Shown here: positions 36,101-45,977 of the stretch, piece by piece
How positions within the stretch are numbered: position 1 is the stretch's first letter
Layout of the letters: each line of letters opens with the position of its first letter
Assembly (NCBI GenBank): GCA_018657525.1
Contig: JABHWZ010000004.1
Location: forward strand, 26,245 to 90,244
From: an archaeon
GTDB taxonomy: Archaea; Nanobdellota; Nanobdellia; Pacearchaeales; GW2011-AR1
Reading direction: 5' to 3'
Length of the DNA: 64,000 bases
The notes under the pieces: model-generated
Told to the model about the DNA's origin: nothing
The model's database searches: none
The model's input: only the letters and a program-made list of their open reading frames with translations
Program-made: the position numbers and the translations under genes

Positions 36101-36663
36101 TCTGGTCTTGCTGAATTGGGATCAACGCCTATTTTTTCAAATTCTTCATCAGGAATATTAGTTAACATCTCTCGAACCTGAGTTGGAAAAAGTCTTTTTT
36201 TCCCAATATAAAAACTAGTAGGTTTCTCTAATTTCACCCTTGGATGCTCAACTCCACAATAAGGACATTTTTTAACATCCTTAGCTTTTTTAGCTCTTTC
36301 ACTTAAAGAATATTTCTTCATTTTTTCTTCGTTCAATAATAATTTCCCACAATCATGACAGAAAGATCTCAAAGCAATTTCAACTAATGGAATATATTTT
36401 AGATGCATAACTGGTCTTGCTAAATCAATACTCCCTGGATGTCCCAAACATTCTTTTAATCTTCCACCACAAGTTCTACATCTAACTCCCGGATCAACTG
36501 CCCCCATTCTTAAATCCATCAATCCACCATCGACAGGGTATCCATCAATATCATAAAGTTCTGGAGTTACTATTTTCGCCGAAGATATTTTCTTAATTTT
36601 CTCAGGACTAACTAATGAAAACTTTATATTCTTTATTTTTTTTCTAATTATTTTTGGTGCCAT
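33169..36663 (-). CDS. rpoA1: DNA-directed RNA polymerase subunit A, fused A'+A''
   Basis: CRTCG...CLGHPG, NADFDGD, TPKSGYLYRRL bridge helix, then A'' motifs GEAIGLITAQSFGE, GLPRLIE, RATFETP in one ORF. Confidence 0.97.
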   Translation of the reverse strand: MAPKIIRKKIKNIKFSLVSPEKIKKISSAKIVTPELYDIDGYPVDGGLMDLRMGAVDPGVRCRTCGGRLKECLGHPGSIDLARPVMHLKYIPLVEIALRSFCHDCGKLLLNEEKMKKYSLSERAKKAKDVKKCPYCGVEHPRVKLEKPTSFYIGKKRLFPTQVREMLTNIPDEEFEKIGVDPNSARPEWAILTMLLVPPVTIRPSIILESGERSEDDLTHKLSDIIRANQRLWENLNAGAPEVIIEDLWDLLQFHITTFFDNTTTRIPPARHRSGQPLKTITERIKGKEGRIRKNLAGKRVNYSARSVVSPDPSLEINEVGVPYEIAEIVTFAETVNDLNIEKLKKLIKKGKEYPGANYIIRPDGKRKKITEELKEEIIEELDIGYRVERHLQDGDIVLFNRHPSLHRGSLMAHYVKVLPGRTFRLHPAATFPYNADFDGDEMNIHSPQTEEARAEAKILLDVKQNLISPKNNTNLLGTQADSITGGYLLGLAELTKAEANQLLYNSGIDSEITKKQITGLDIISEVIPKIDFKNSSIVVKGGKIESGVVDKTAFAEEDGELVKELDRNLGRIEAVGTLKKVFDLGTKYLTSRGITISVEDLDLSEDVVKEGEEIIKKSEKKTQEILQSYNEKTLEIIPGKTAEESREIKVLQTLNEIRTKIGAIVKEKFPATNPVSHMIKSGGGGNVLNITQMASCVGQQAFMGGRIGIGYNDRTLSFFKKGDLSPRSRGFIHSPFIKGLRPDEFFFQAITGRDSLMDTALRTPKSGYLYRRLANALQDLRVEYDGTVRDSGNRIIQFKFGEDGKDVCKLHLNDGQVEFGEAIGLITAQSFGESSTQMVLNTFHMAGVAEMQVTSGLPRLIEIFDARKKPSSPKMEIYLEKEYNNEKDARVFAEKIKEVKLKEISSEINLDFSEKNIEIIINKKGLQQTHTSIKKITERLEDLGFKVKEKPDAIKVNAEEFNFKEIYKLKEKLKDTIISGVKGVEQILVAKKESNYVIMTLGTNLDEVLKLKEVNKKKIVSNDLHEVAKVLGIEAARQLIMDEVNEVLNSQGIDIDKRHLKLISDAMCNTGEVKGVTRMGIIAQKSSILARATFETPVKQFINASIKGSQDNLTSVVENIIINQPVPVGTGLPGLLVNVIGPLIKKDKDKKTAKAKTVDNANK

Positions 36664-36666
36664 TAT

Positions 36667-39600
36667 TTATTCGTATTTGTTTTTTAAATTTAATGTTGTT
36701 TGAATATGTAATCCTTGCAGTTCTTCAAGTAATAATTTGAAAGCATAAGATACTTCAATGTATTCAACGTCCTCTGAATTACAAGTAGAACAATACACTT
36801 TTCCCCTCGCTGTATCATCAATTGCAACCGCACCACATTTAGTACAAATTGGAAGCACAACTTTATCTGAATCATATCTTTCCTTTAATAATAATGAAGC
36901 CCCGTGTGCAACTAATGCTTGCTGTTCCATTTCACCAAGTCTTAACGCTCCTCCTCTTGATCTACCCTCTACTGGCTGTCTCGTTAAAAGTGCAACTTTT
37001 CCAGATGCTCTACCATGAATTTTATTCCCAACCATATACTTAAGTTTAAGATAATAAAGATCACCAATAAATATTCTCGCTTCCATCCTCTTCCCTGTCA
37101 CCCCATTATACATTGTTTCTTTACCATCATATCTAAATCCTAATTTAGTTAATTGCGCTTCTAACTCTTTCTTACCTTCCCCACTAAATGAAGTTCCATC
37201 AACTGTTTCTCCTCTTAAACATCCAACTTTACCAGCTAATAATTCTAATAAATAACCTACAGTCATACGCGAAGGTAAACCATGCGGGTTAAAAATAACA
37301 TCCGGCCTAACTCCATTTGCTGTGAATGGAATATCTGATTCAGGAACAATGGCCCCAATAACCCCTTTCTGACCGTGGGCTGTCGCAAATTTATCTCCTA
37401 ATTCTGGAATTCTTAAATCCCTTGTTTTAATTTGCACAATTTTATTTCCCTCTTTATCTTCTGTAATAAACACTGCATCTACAATTCCTGTCTCTTCTTG
37501 TCGCATAGTGATACTCGCTTCCTTATTTGTTCTTATTGAAATTTCTCTAGCTTCTGATAAAAATTTGGGGGGGGAAGTTTTACCAACCATAACGTCTCCT
37601 CCTTCAACTTCTGCTTCAGGATAAACAATTCCGTCCGGCTCAAGATATTGATAACTCTCTTCAGTTCTATACCCTGAAGTATCTTTTTCAGGTATTCCTA
37701 ATTCATCTTTTAATCCGCCCGCATAATTCATCTCAACAGTTGAATACGGTCTAAAATAAAAACTTCTTCCAACGCCACGATCCAAACTTCCCTTATTAAA
37801 AATCAAAGCGTCTTCAATATTATATCCTTCATAAGTCATAATCGCTACAGTTAAATTCTGTCCCGCGGGATAAGTATTAAGAGTATCATAAACAAAACTT
37901 CTAACAATTGGTTTTTGTGGATATTGTAATATCGAAACATCTGTGTCAAGTCGACAATGATAATTTGCAGCATATAATCCGAGAGCTTGTTTCTGAGTTT
38001 TACTTCCACGATTTAATCTTGAACTTTGATCATGATTTCCATAAGGAACTAATGAAGTTATAACACCAAATAAATCAATTGAATCAATTTCTAAGTGTGT
38101 ATGTTTATCAGTTAACTCTTCTTCTAATAATGCAACCAAAGTATTTTCTTCCTCTGCAGCGTCGAGGTATTCTACAATTCCGTTAGAAACTAAATCCTTC
38201 CATTTCAATTCATCTTGTTCAATTTGAATTAGATGTTCATGTTTTAATCTTGGAATTCCATTATCTACAATAATCAAAGGTCTTAATGCTCTTCCTGGTT
38301 CAGTTGAAATAATCACAATATGAAGCCCATTATTATAAGAAATATTTAGTTGAAGGGGCAATGTGCCAGATCTCCTTTTCTCTCTAATCTTAGATACAAA
38401 TTCTTCAGGCGATTTAACAGATCCAATAAATAGACCATTTAAGAAAACTTCTTCTCCTTCAACACCCGCTGAATCCAATCCATCTGTTTTTAAATCATCT
38501 ATAAATTTAGATCTTTCTAGATTAATTCTTGTAGATATTTTAGATAGGATAGCTAAATTTTTTCTTAAACCAATTTCAGTTCCTTCTGGAGTTTCAATAG
38601 GACAGAATCTACCATAGTGAGTAGGATGCAGTGTTCTTGCCATAAGATTCTCTTGATCAGAAGGCAACATCGAGGCAACTCTTTGCAATTGCGAAATCGT
38701 ATCCAGATAATTTGTTTTGCTCATATTTTGAGTAACCCCTTTTCTTTCTCCAGTCCATGAACCAGTAGCAATAGCTGATTCAACTCTATGTGAGAATAAT
38801 GTTGATTTAGCAATAGTTTTAATTGAATAGAATTTTTTTCTCTTTGAAGATTTTTGTAAAGAGTATTGAATATCCCTAATTAAAATTCCCAAATTAACTC
38901 TAAATAAACTTGATAACAAATCTCCTGAAAGTCTAACTCTTTTATTTGCATAATGATCTTTATCGGTAATTAAAGAAGGGTTCTCTTTGGCGATTAAATA
39001 CTGCTTAATTAATTTACATAATGTAACCGCTTTATTTATTCTATCTTCTTTTTTTGTTCCAATATGTGGGAATAAATACGAGTCAATTCTTTGTTTAACT
39101 CTATCTAAAATTTCTTTTTTTGTACCTTGAAGATTTGTTTTTTCAGCAATATACATCATGGCGTCCTCGGGAGTTGCGATATTTACAAATTCATAAAGAT
39201 TAACAATAACACTATCTGTTTCCTTACCAATATATTTTGCGATGTCTGATTCTTTTGTTAAACCAAGTGCTTTCAAAAGTATTAACGACGGAGTATCTCT
39301 GAATCTACTAAAAGTTGTTTCAATAATTCCCTCTTTATTTTCAGTAATTGTAACCGGAATTCTGTAAGTTCCCTTTAACGAAAAAAGTCTCAACATTAGT
39401 CCACCCTTTTTGTTTGATTCAATAAATGATTGGTTTTCCGCAAGGTCCTCTGCCATAACCATAACTCTTTCATTTCCATTAATAATAAAATAACCTCCTG
39501 GATCCATTGGATCATTATAGTTTGCAATTAAATCTTCTTTAGACATCCCATGCGTGTTACATGCTTTACTTTTTACCATTATCGGAATTCTACCAATTTC

Positions 39601-39930
39601 TACAATCTCTGAATCAATTTGATCATCTTTTTTAACAGTAAGTTCAAGTTTAACCGGAGCAGAATAAGTAAGATTTCTTAGTCGAGCATCGGCCGGAATA
39701 ATTTGAGAAGTGCTTCCGTCAGCTTCGGTCATTTCAGGTTTACCCACTTCTATTTTCCCAAGAGTGATTTCAAAATCTTCATTATTTATTGTCTCTTGAA
39801 TTTCATTCACAATTTCTTGCATCCTCTGTCCTATAAATTCATTAAAAGAAGTGATGTTTGATTCTACTAACGAATGTTCTTTCAGATATTTTTTAATAAT
39901 GATATGTGAGTTTTTGTCTTTAACCATCAT
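36667..39930 (-). CDS. rpoB: DNA-directed RNA polymerase subunit B (unsplit)
   Basis: GGYFIINGNERV, ETPEG, GDKFATAHGQKG, RLGEME, C-terminal Zn finger. Confidence 0.98.
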   Translation of the reverse strand: MMVKDKNSHIIIKKYLKEHSLVESNITSFNEFIGQRMQEIVNEIQETINNEDFEITLGKIEVGKPEMTEADGSTSQIIPADARLRNLTYSAPVKLELTVKKDDQIDSEIVEIGRIPIMVKSKACNTHGMSKEDLIANYNDPMDPGGYFIINGNERVMVMAEDLAENQSFIESNKKGGLMLRLFSLKGTYRIPVTITENKEGIIETTFSRFRDTPSLILLKALGLTKESDIAKYIGKETDSVIVNLYEFVNIATPEDAMMYIAEKTNLQGTKKEILDRVKQRIDSYLFPHIGTKKEDRINKAVTLCKLIKQYLIAKENPSLITDKDHYANKRVRLSGDLLSSLFRVNLGILIRDIQYSLQKSSKRKKFYSIKTIAKSTLFSHRVESAIATGSWTGERKGVTQNMSKTNYLDTISQLQRVASMLPSDQENLMARTLHPTHYGRFCPIETPEGTEIGLRKNLAILSKISTRINLERSKFIDDLKTDGLDSAGVEGEEVFLNGLFIGSVKSPEEFVSKIREKRRSGTLPLQLNISYNNGLHIVIISTEPGRALRPLIIVDNGIPRLKHEHLIQIEQDELKWKDLVSNGIVEYLDAAEEENTLVALLEEELTDKHTHLEIDSIDLFGVITSLVPYGNHDQSSRLNRGSKTQKQALGLYAANYHCRLDTDVSILQYPQKPIVRSFVYDTLNTYPAGQNLTVAIMTYEGYNIEDALIFNKGSLDRGVGRSFYFRPYSTVEMNYAGGLKDELGIPEKDTSGYRTEESYQYLEPDGIVYPEAEVEGGDVMVGKTSPPKFLSEAREISIRTNKEASITMRQEETGIVDAVFITEDKEGNKIVQIKTRDLRIPELGDKFATAHGQKGVIGAIVPESDIPFTANGVRPDVIFNPHGLPSRMTVGYLLELLAGKVGCLRGETVDGTSFSGEGKKELEAQLTKLGFRYDGKETMYNGVTGKRMEARIFIGDLYYLKLKYMVGNKIHGRASGKVALLTRQPVEGRSRGGALRLGEMEQQALVAHGASLLLKERYDSDKVVLPICTKCGAVAIDDTARGKVYCSTCNSEDVEYIEVSYAFKLLLEELQGLHIQTTLNLKNKYE

Positions 39931-40139
39931 ATGACCACCCTATAATAGATGGCAACCTCTTCGGTCTCATCATCTTTTCTTTCAATTTTAATTATATCAC
40001 CAATTTCCCAACCTTCTTGAAGCGACGGATCGTCGATAAAAATCTTAGGTAATTGCGCTTTAGAGATGTTTAATTTCTTTAAGAACTCTTCTGATTCTTT
40101 TTCATTAAGTTTAGTGTGTTTGGGTTGTAGAATGTGCAT
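39927..40139 (-). CDS. rpoH: RNA polymerase subunit H (Rpo5)
   Basis: HILQPKH, LPKI..DDP, GDIIKIER, YYRVV. Confidence 0.95.
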   Translation of the reverse strand: MHILQPKHTKLNEKESEEFLKKLNISKAQLPKIFIDDPSLQEGWEIGDIIKIERKDDETEEVAIYYRVVI

Positions 40140-40334
40140 TTTGATGATAATATGAGTTAGTATAAGCTATTCGCTTTAACAACTTTACAATAATAAAAGA
40201 TTATGAATTTTCATTTAAAAAGCTTTCTATAATCTGGGAAATATGCTTTAAATTGAATATTTGCGAAACAAAAGCTTTTTTAAAGTATTTATCCCCATTT
40301 AATTTATTATTTGGGTTTAGTATTCAAATAATAT

Positions 40335-40408
40335 GGCTTCGTAGCTCAGCCTGGCAGAGCACTAGACTTTTAATCTAGGTGTCGCGGGTTCAAATCCCGT
40401 CGAGGCCA
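40335..40408 (+). tRNA. tRNA-Lys(TTT)
   Basis: GGCTTCG/CGAGGCC acceptor, anticodon arm CTAGA-CTTTTAA-TCTAG, T-loop TTCAAAT. Confidence 0.96.
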
Positions 40409-40411
40409 TTT

Positions 40412-40672
40412 ATGTTTGACAAAGATATCTCTGAAATTTTATGCTATTGTTGTGGAGAAGAATATTCTATCAGAGAATTTAATTCAGAACTCCCCTTAGA
40501 GTTTTGTGGAGAATGTGGAGCAGAATTTTTCCTCCCTAAATCACACAATCCCTTAAAAGGTTACAAGTGCCTTGATCAATATTACAGTTTATTAGAATTG
40601 TTGCCCCCCCATCTTCTTAATCATTTACCTCTCTATCTAACTCCTCAGTTAAGTCCTCAAAGAATCAGTTAA
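40412..40672 (+). CDS. Zinc-ribbon hypothetical protein immediately after tRNA-Lys
   Basis: CYCCG...CGECG; ATG 3 nt after the tRNA discriminator. Confidence 0.5.
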   Translation: MFDKDISEILCYCCGEEYSIREFNSELPLEFCGECGAEFFLPKSHNPLKGYKCLDQYYSLLELLPPHLLNHLPLYLTPQLSPQRIS

Positions 40673-40969
40673 TTTCTCTTCAAGTTCTTCAGCACTAACC
40701 GCTCCAACAATTCTATCAAAAATCTTGCCATCTTTTATTATAATCATATTTGGAATTGAACTAACTTTATATTTGTCCGCCAACGCAGGATTATTTGCAA
40801 TATCTATTTTCCCAAATTTAATTTTATCATTAAATTTATCTTCCATCTCGTCGACAATTGGAGACATCATTATACAAGGCATACACCAATCTGCAAAAAA
40901 ATCAATAAATACAATTCCCCCTTTAAGGAACTCTTCAAATTCATGATTGGTTAATTCTTTGACAACCAT
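40649..40969 (-). CDS. trxA: Thioredoxin (WCMPC)
   Basis: DFFADWCMPC, SIP. Confidence 0.9.
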   Translation of the reverse strand: MVVKELTNHEFEEFLKGGIVFIDFFADWCMPCIMMSPIVDEMEDKFNDKIKFGKIDIANNPALADKYKVSSIPNMIIIKDGKIFDRIVGAVSAEELEEKLTDSLRT

Positions 40970-41008
40970 TAAATTTGAACAATTTTTTAATTTATAAAAT
41001 TATTCGTT

Positions 41009-41557
41009 CTATAAAATATCCTGTAAAACTTCCTCTACCTTTTTTTCCAAATCTTCAAAACTCCCATTATTTTCAAAAACAAAATCTGCCTTATTAATAC
41101 ATTGAGAAATATTTTGTTTAGCAGGATCATTGGAAATCATTTCTCTTTTTTCATTTACTACAAATTCTTGGAAAGAAACATTATCTGTTTTGCTCTGCCT
41201 TAAGAGAATTCTTTCATACCTTTTCCTAATTTCTGCATCAACTGCTAATAAATAAAATTTTCCTTTGGACTGAAGTGCTTCAACTTCTCCAACTGCTCGC
41301 AGACTTTCAATAACTGCCAAACCTCCATCTTCCCTCGCTGATTCGTATAATTTTTCCACTATATAACTTGGGGAATTTTCAGCCCGCAATTTATTTGCCA
41401 CCAGAACCATATTATCTCGGTTCACTGCTAGACTTAATATTTTTATTTCGTCGACGATAAAATCCCTAACAGAATAATGCACAAAACCCTTTGTCTTTAA
41501 ATAATCTACAATCGTTCCTTTCCCTGCTCCGAGTGTTCCAGTAATTCCGATTATCAT
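41009..41557 (-). CDS. P-loop nucleoside monophosphate / dephospho-CoA kinase-like protein
   Basis: IIGITGTLGAGKGT, ESLR, ADFVFENNG. Confidence 0.75.
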   Translation of the reverse strand: MIIGITGTLGAGKGTIVDYLKTKGFVHYSVRDFIVDEIKILSLAVNRDNMVLVANKLRAENSPSYIVEKLYESAREDGGLAVIESLRAVGEVEALQSKGKFYLLAVDAEIRKRYERILLRQSKTDNVSFQEFVVNEKREMISNDPAKQNISQCINKADFVFENNGSFEDLEKKVEEVLQDIL

Positions 41558-41967
41558 GCTCCACTACTCCCAAACCCGCTGTCACTTCTTTCACTTTCTT
41601 TTAACTTTTCAACTTCTTCAAATTCTATTTGTGGATAAGGAAGAATTATAATTTGACAAATTTTATCTCCCACTTCATAAACTTCTTCCCCAATTTTTCT
41701 AAATCTTAATTTTAATTCTCCACGATAACCAGAATCAATGACTGCTACATGATTTGTTAAAACCAAATCTTTATTGGATAAACTACTTCGTGGAAAAATA
41801 ATACCCACATACCCTTCTGGAATTTCAAATGCTAATTCAGTCCCATATTCAATAAACTTTTCTTTTTCTTCCTTAGACATTGCAATCAAGTCCATCCCAG
41901 CGTCACCAAATTTAGCATATTCAGGAATAATTGCATTAGAATTTAATTTCTTTATTTTTACTCGCAT
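41554..41967 (-). CDS. dut: Trimeric dUTPase
   Basis: AGMDL, PRSS, VIDSGYRGE, QIII, RSDSGFGSSG. Confidence 0.95.
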   Translation of the reverse strand: MRVKIKKLNSNAIIPEYAKFGDAGMDLIAMSKEEKEKFIEYGTELAFEIPEGYVGIIFPRSSLSNKDLVLTNHVAVIDSGYRGELKLRFRKIGEEVYEVGDKICQIIILPYPQIEFEEVEKLKESERSDSGFGSSGA

Positions 41968-44522
41968 TTGCTTCCACACCCACAAACTTTACATCCTTCT
42001 TGATAAGTAAAGGGTTGTCCACAATCTTTACATACCTCTCTTGTTTGTGTACCATCTTCGATATATTTTTTCAATGCCCTTCTAACCCCACTTTTCCAAC
42101 TATGAATTCCCTCTATCTTATCATCCATTTTATCAATTATATGGACTATCTCTTCTAACGGAACTTGATTTCGCATCATTCCAGAAATCATTCTACTATA
42201 ATTCCAGTAAGCTCTATCAAACTGGTGTGAAATTCCTCCAACTCTTGATTGAAATCCATTTCTATCGGCATAGATAAAATCATAATGAGTTCGTTGTCCA
42301 TCCTTTTCCTTTACAATTATCCCTTCAGTTATGTTACTGGGAACCGCTAAGACTTCCTCTTCTGATTTGCCTGTAAAAATCTCATACGGTCTGCCTTCAT
42401 GTAATCCCACAAACGCAATCCATTTATCTAGACAATCAGGTGATTGATTATTAAATCTCAAAACTTCAGCTTCAAGTTCTTTTGGACGATTACTTAGTAT
42501 ACTTGTCACAGAGTTTTCTTTTGTAGTCATAACCCCTGACCCTCTTGATCCATCTCGATAGATAGTAATTCCCTTACATCCGGCTTCCCATGCTTTTTGA
42601 TAAACTTTTGCTACAGTTTCTTTAGTAGTCTCTTCTGGAAGATTAACTGTAGCACTAATAGAATGATCTACCCATTTCTGAACTCTTCCCTGCAATTCTA
42701 CTTTTTTTACCCAATCAGTATCTTGGGCTGTTGATTTATTATAAGGTGATTCTTTCACTAGTTCTTTTAACTCTTCTTTACCCATATTTAAAATATTCTG
42801 TTTAGAATATCCTAATGGTTCTGCCCATTCCATAAAAGGTCTATGAACTATGTCAAAAATTTCCCATTCATCCCCAACATTATCCACATCATCCACTTTT
42901 GCCCCGCGATTTGTTTTGGCATTTGTATCTATTTTTTTCCGTCTTTGGTATCTTGCTGCAAATAAGGGTTCTATTCCTGAGGATGTTTGTGTCATAATGC
43001 TTGTAGTCCCAGTGGGAGCAATTGTAAGAAGAGCTATATTTCTTCTCCCATCTTTTTGCATTTCATTATAAAGTTCTGGGCGCGCCTCACGAATTCTCTC
43101 AATAAAAGGATTGTCTGCTTCTAGTTCTGGATCATAGACTGAAAATGCTCCTCTCTCCCTAGACATTTCAATAGATGATTGATATGCGCTTAGTGCCATT
43201 TCTTCATGTAATTTTTCTTCAAATTGATTTCCTTCTTCTGTAGCATATCCTAATCCTAATGCTGCCAATGTGTCTGCTTCGCCAACAATCCCCAACCCAG
43301 TTCTTCTCCCCCCAGAGGTTTGCTTTCTAATTTTTTCCCATAATCTTCTTTCTACACTCTTTATTTCATCTAACTCTGGATCCCTATTAATTTTATCCAA
43401 AATTTTATCTATTTTCTCCAATTCTAAATCTACAATATCATCCATAATTCTCTGCGCTTTCTTAACATTTTTTTGAAATAAATCATGATTAAATTCAGCT
43501 TCAGGAGTAAAACGATTTTCAACATGCTCATAAAGATTTAGAGCTAATAATCTACAAGAATCATAAGGGCAAAGGGGAATCTCCCCACAAGGATTTGTTG
43601 AAGTGGTTTTATAACCAAATTCAGAGTACCTATCTGGAAGAGATTCCCGGATAATATTATCCCAAAATAAAATTCCCGGTTCAGCAGATTGCCAAGCATT
43701 ATGAATTATCTTTCCCCAAAGTTCACCAGCATTAACTGCTTGAGTGTATTTTGGATCATCAGTTTCAATTGGAAATTGTTGAAAATATTCCCCTCCATTT
43801 AACGCTTTATTCATAAATTCATCATCTACTCTGACTGAACAATTTGCCCCAGTAATTCTTCCCAAATCCATTTTAGCATCAATAAAATCTTCTGCATCTG
43901 GATGTCGAATAGATAAGCTTAACATAAGTGCCCCCCGCCTACCATCTTGAGCAACTTCCCTTGTAGAATTTGAATGTCTATCTGCAAAAAGTACCACTCC
44001 CGTAGAAGTTAATGCAGAATTATTTACTGGACTCGCTTTAGGACGAATTCCTGATAAATCATACCCTACTCCTCCTCGACGTTTCATAAGTTGTACTTGT
44101 TCTTGATCTATTTGCATGATCGCTCCGTAAGAATCCGCAGATTCTTCTTGCACTCCAATCACAAAACAATTTGATAATGATGCAACTTGAAAATCATTTC
44201 CAATGCCAGTCATTGGGCTTCCCTGTGGAACTATATATTTAAAATCTTTAATCAATTCAAAAATTTCTTCTTCTTCCATTGGATTTTTATAATTTGCCTC
44301 AACTCTTGCAATTTCCCCAGCAATTCTATGATGCATATCCTCTGGAGTTCTCTCATATAAATTTCCAAAAGAATCTTTCAAAGCATATTTGTCAAGCCAA
44401 GTTAATGCAGCAAATCTATTTCCATTAAAGTATCTTGTGGATGCTTCAGCTGCTTCTTGGAAACTATATTTGGGAAGCTCCTTTGATACCAAAGTCTTAT
44501 TTTCTATTGTCTTTCCCATCAC
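41958..44522 (-). CDS. nrdJ: Class II (adenosylcobalamin-dependent) ribonucleotide reductase
   Basis: SNCFV, TNPCGEIPL, APTGTTS, GCKGITIYRDG, C-terminal CxxC...CxxC; no small subunit adjacent. Confidence 0.92.
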   Translation of the reverse strand: MMGKTIENKTLVSKELPKYSFQEAAEASTRYFNGNRFAALTWLDKYALKDSFGNLYERTPEDMHHRIAGEIARVEANYKNPMEEEEIFELIKDFKYIVPQGSPMTGIGNDFQVASLSNCFVIGVQEESADSYGAIMQIDQEQVQLMKRRGGVGYDLSGIRPKASPVNNSALTSTGVVLFADRHSNSTREVAQDGRRGALMLSLSIRHPDAEDFIDAKMDLGRITGANCSVRVDDEFMNKALNGGEYFQQFPIETDDPKYTQAVNAGELWGKIIHNAWQSAEPGILFWDNIIRESLPDRYSEFGYKTTSTNPCGEIPLCPYDSCRLLALNLYEHVENRFTPEAEFNHDLFQKNVKKAQRIMDDIVDLELEKIDKILDKINRDPELDEIKSVERRLWEKIRKQTSGGRRTGLGIVGEADTLAALGLGYATEEGNQFEEKLHEEMALSAYQSSIEMSRERGAFSVYDPELEADNPFIERIREARPELYNEMQKDGRRNIALLTIAPTGTTSIMTQTSSGIEPLFAARYQRRKKIDTNAKTNRGAKVDDVDNVGDEWEIFDIVHRPFMEWAEPLGYSKQNILNMGKEELKELVKESPYNKSTAQDTDWVKKVELQGRVQKWVDHSISATVNLPEETTKETVAKVYQKAWEAGCKGITIYRDGSRGSGVMTTKENSVTSILSNRPKELEAEVLRFNNQSPDCLDKWIAFVGLHEGRPYEIFTGKSEEEVLAVPSNITEGIIVKEKDGQRTHYDFIYADRNGFQSRVGGISHQFDRAYWNYSRMISGMMRNQVPLEEIVHIIDKMDDKIEGIHSWKSGVRRALKKYIEDGTQTREVCKDCGQPFTYQEGCKVCGCGSKCE

Positions 44523-44962
44523 TTAATCCCTCCAATCTCTTTTTTAAAATCTTTAACATCTTGAAAATCTTTATATACCGACGCAAATCTTATGTATGCA
44601 ATATTATCTAATCGCTTAATTTTTTTAATGATTAATTCTCCAATTTTAAAACTCTTGATTTCCTTTTTCCCCTTTCTTCTTATTTGTTCCTCAATTTCGT
44701 TTACCATTTTTTTAATTTTTTCTTGCGACACCGGTCGCTTTTCAAATGCTCTTGTCACCCCAATCCCAATTTTTTCAATATTAAATTTTTGTCTTGCACC
44801 ATCTTTTTTTATTACCCAAATTTCTCCCTTATCAATTTTTTCATATGTTGTGAATCTTTTTTGACATTTGAGACATTCCCTTCTTCTTCTGATGCCCTCT
44901 GGAGAATTTCTTTTATCTGTAACCCTATGGGTCGTATGTGAGCAATATGGACATTCTATCAT
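44519..44962 (-). CDS. nrdR: NrdR transcriptional repressor
   Basis: CPYC...RRRRECLKC...RFTTYE zinc ribbon, ATP-cone VIKKDG, AYIRFASVY. Confidence 0.95.
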   Translation of the reverse strand: MIECPYCSHTTHRVTDKRNSPEGIRRRRECLKCQKRFTTYEKIDKGEIWVIKKDGARQKFNIEKIGIGVTRAFEKRPVSQEKIKKMVNEIEEQIRRKGKKEIKSFKIGELIIKKIKRLDNIAYIRFASVYKDFQDVKDFKKEIGGIK

Positions 44963-44971
44963 TCTTTTAAT

Positions 44972-45019
44972 ATACAATATGTTGTATGAAGTTATTCTCT
45001 CTTACACCATAATTTGTAT
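44972..45019. promoter_or_regulatory. Two tandem NrdR boxes
   Basis: ATACAATATGTTGTAT (44972-44987) and ACACCATAATTTGTAT (45004-45019), 32-bp spacing, between the TATA box (about 45040) and nrdR. Confidence 0.8.
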
Positions 45020-45108
45020 TATAACTAAAAATAAATCCTATTTAAACATTTATAATCACTTTAAAGTGGGCGGAGGAAATTGAAGGATTTTTTAGTTGTT
45101 ATCATTAT

Positions 45109-45939
45109 TCATGCACAAATCCCAACTAACTGACATTTCTTACAAATTTTTCCACGCGAAGGCTCCCCACAATTTTCACAATATTTAACGCCTTCGCTCT
45201 TTTTCTCAACCCGCTTCAAAAGTTTCTTTGAATTTTTAATTATATTCTCTTTTTGTTTTGTCGGAACTTTTTCTAAAAAATTCCTTATCTGAATCCTATA
45301 AGAATCAATAGCACACGGACATCCCTCATAATGAACTGGAAGTTTATTTTTCTTTGAATATTTTTTAATATCTTCTTCAGCAATATAAAACAGCGGTTTA
45401 ATCCTCGGAATAAATTTTTTATTTGAAATATTTTTTGTTACAATTCCAGAACTTGCACTTAATTCTAAACTTCCCTTAAAAACATTCATTAAAATTGTCT
45501 GCGCTTCGTCGTCGAGATTATGACCGGTTGCAATATAATCCGCTTTCAATCCCCTCACTGCTTTATTTAAAATCCATTTTTTAATAACCCCACAAATTGC
45601 ACAATTTTTAATCTGTGATTTTTTCTGTTTGTAATGTTCAGTCTGAATCGCAGTTCGAAGATAACACATTCCAGAACCCATTTCTTTTTTCATATCATAA
45701 AGATGCAATCGCATATCCAATAATTTACAAAGCTCGACAACTTTTTTCAAACACTCTTCAGAATATTTCCCAATTTTTAAATCAATGTGTAACCCTTCAA
45801 TTTTATGTCCAAGTTTGTGCAAAAGATATGCAACAACAGTAGAGTCCTTCCCTCCAGATAAAGCTACCACGATTTTTTTTTCCTTATTTAAACCAATTCG
45901 CTTTATAGTTTCCTTAAATTTTTTCTCAAGTTTATCCAT
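45109..45939 (-). CDS. TtuA/NcsA/TtcA-family tRNA thiolation protein
   Basis: PP-loop SGGKDS, CAIC, TGHNLDD, CPC, C-terminal CENC...CKKC. Confidence 0.88.
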   Translation of the reverse strand: MDKLEKKFKETIKRIGLNKEKKIVVALSGGKDSTVVAYLLHKLGHKIEGLHIDLKIGKYSEECLKKVVELCKLLDMRLHLYDMKKEMGSGMCYLRTAIQTEHYKQKKSQIKNCAICGVIKKWILNKAVRGLKADYIATGHNLDDEAQTILMNVFKGSLELSASSGIVTKNISNKKFIPRIKPLFYIAEEDIKKYSKKNKLPVHYEGCPCAIDSYRIQIRNFLEKVPTKQKENIIKNSKKLLKRVEKKSEGVKYCENCGEPSRGKICKKCQLVGICA

Positions 45940-45950
45940 AGAATAAATTA

Positions 45951-45968
45951 GTTCTAAGAAGTTTTAAA
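45951..45968. repeat. 18-bp direct repeat (ttuA promoter), second copy at 46627-46644
   Basis: gttctaagaagttttaaa occurs at both positions. Confidence 0.85.
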
Positions 45969-45977
45969 TGTTATTAG

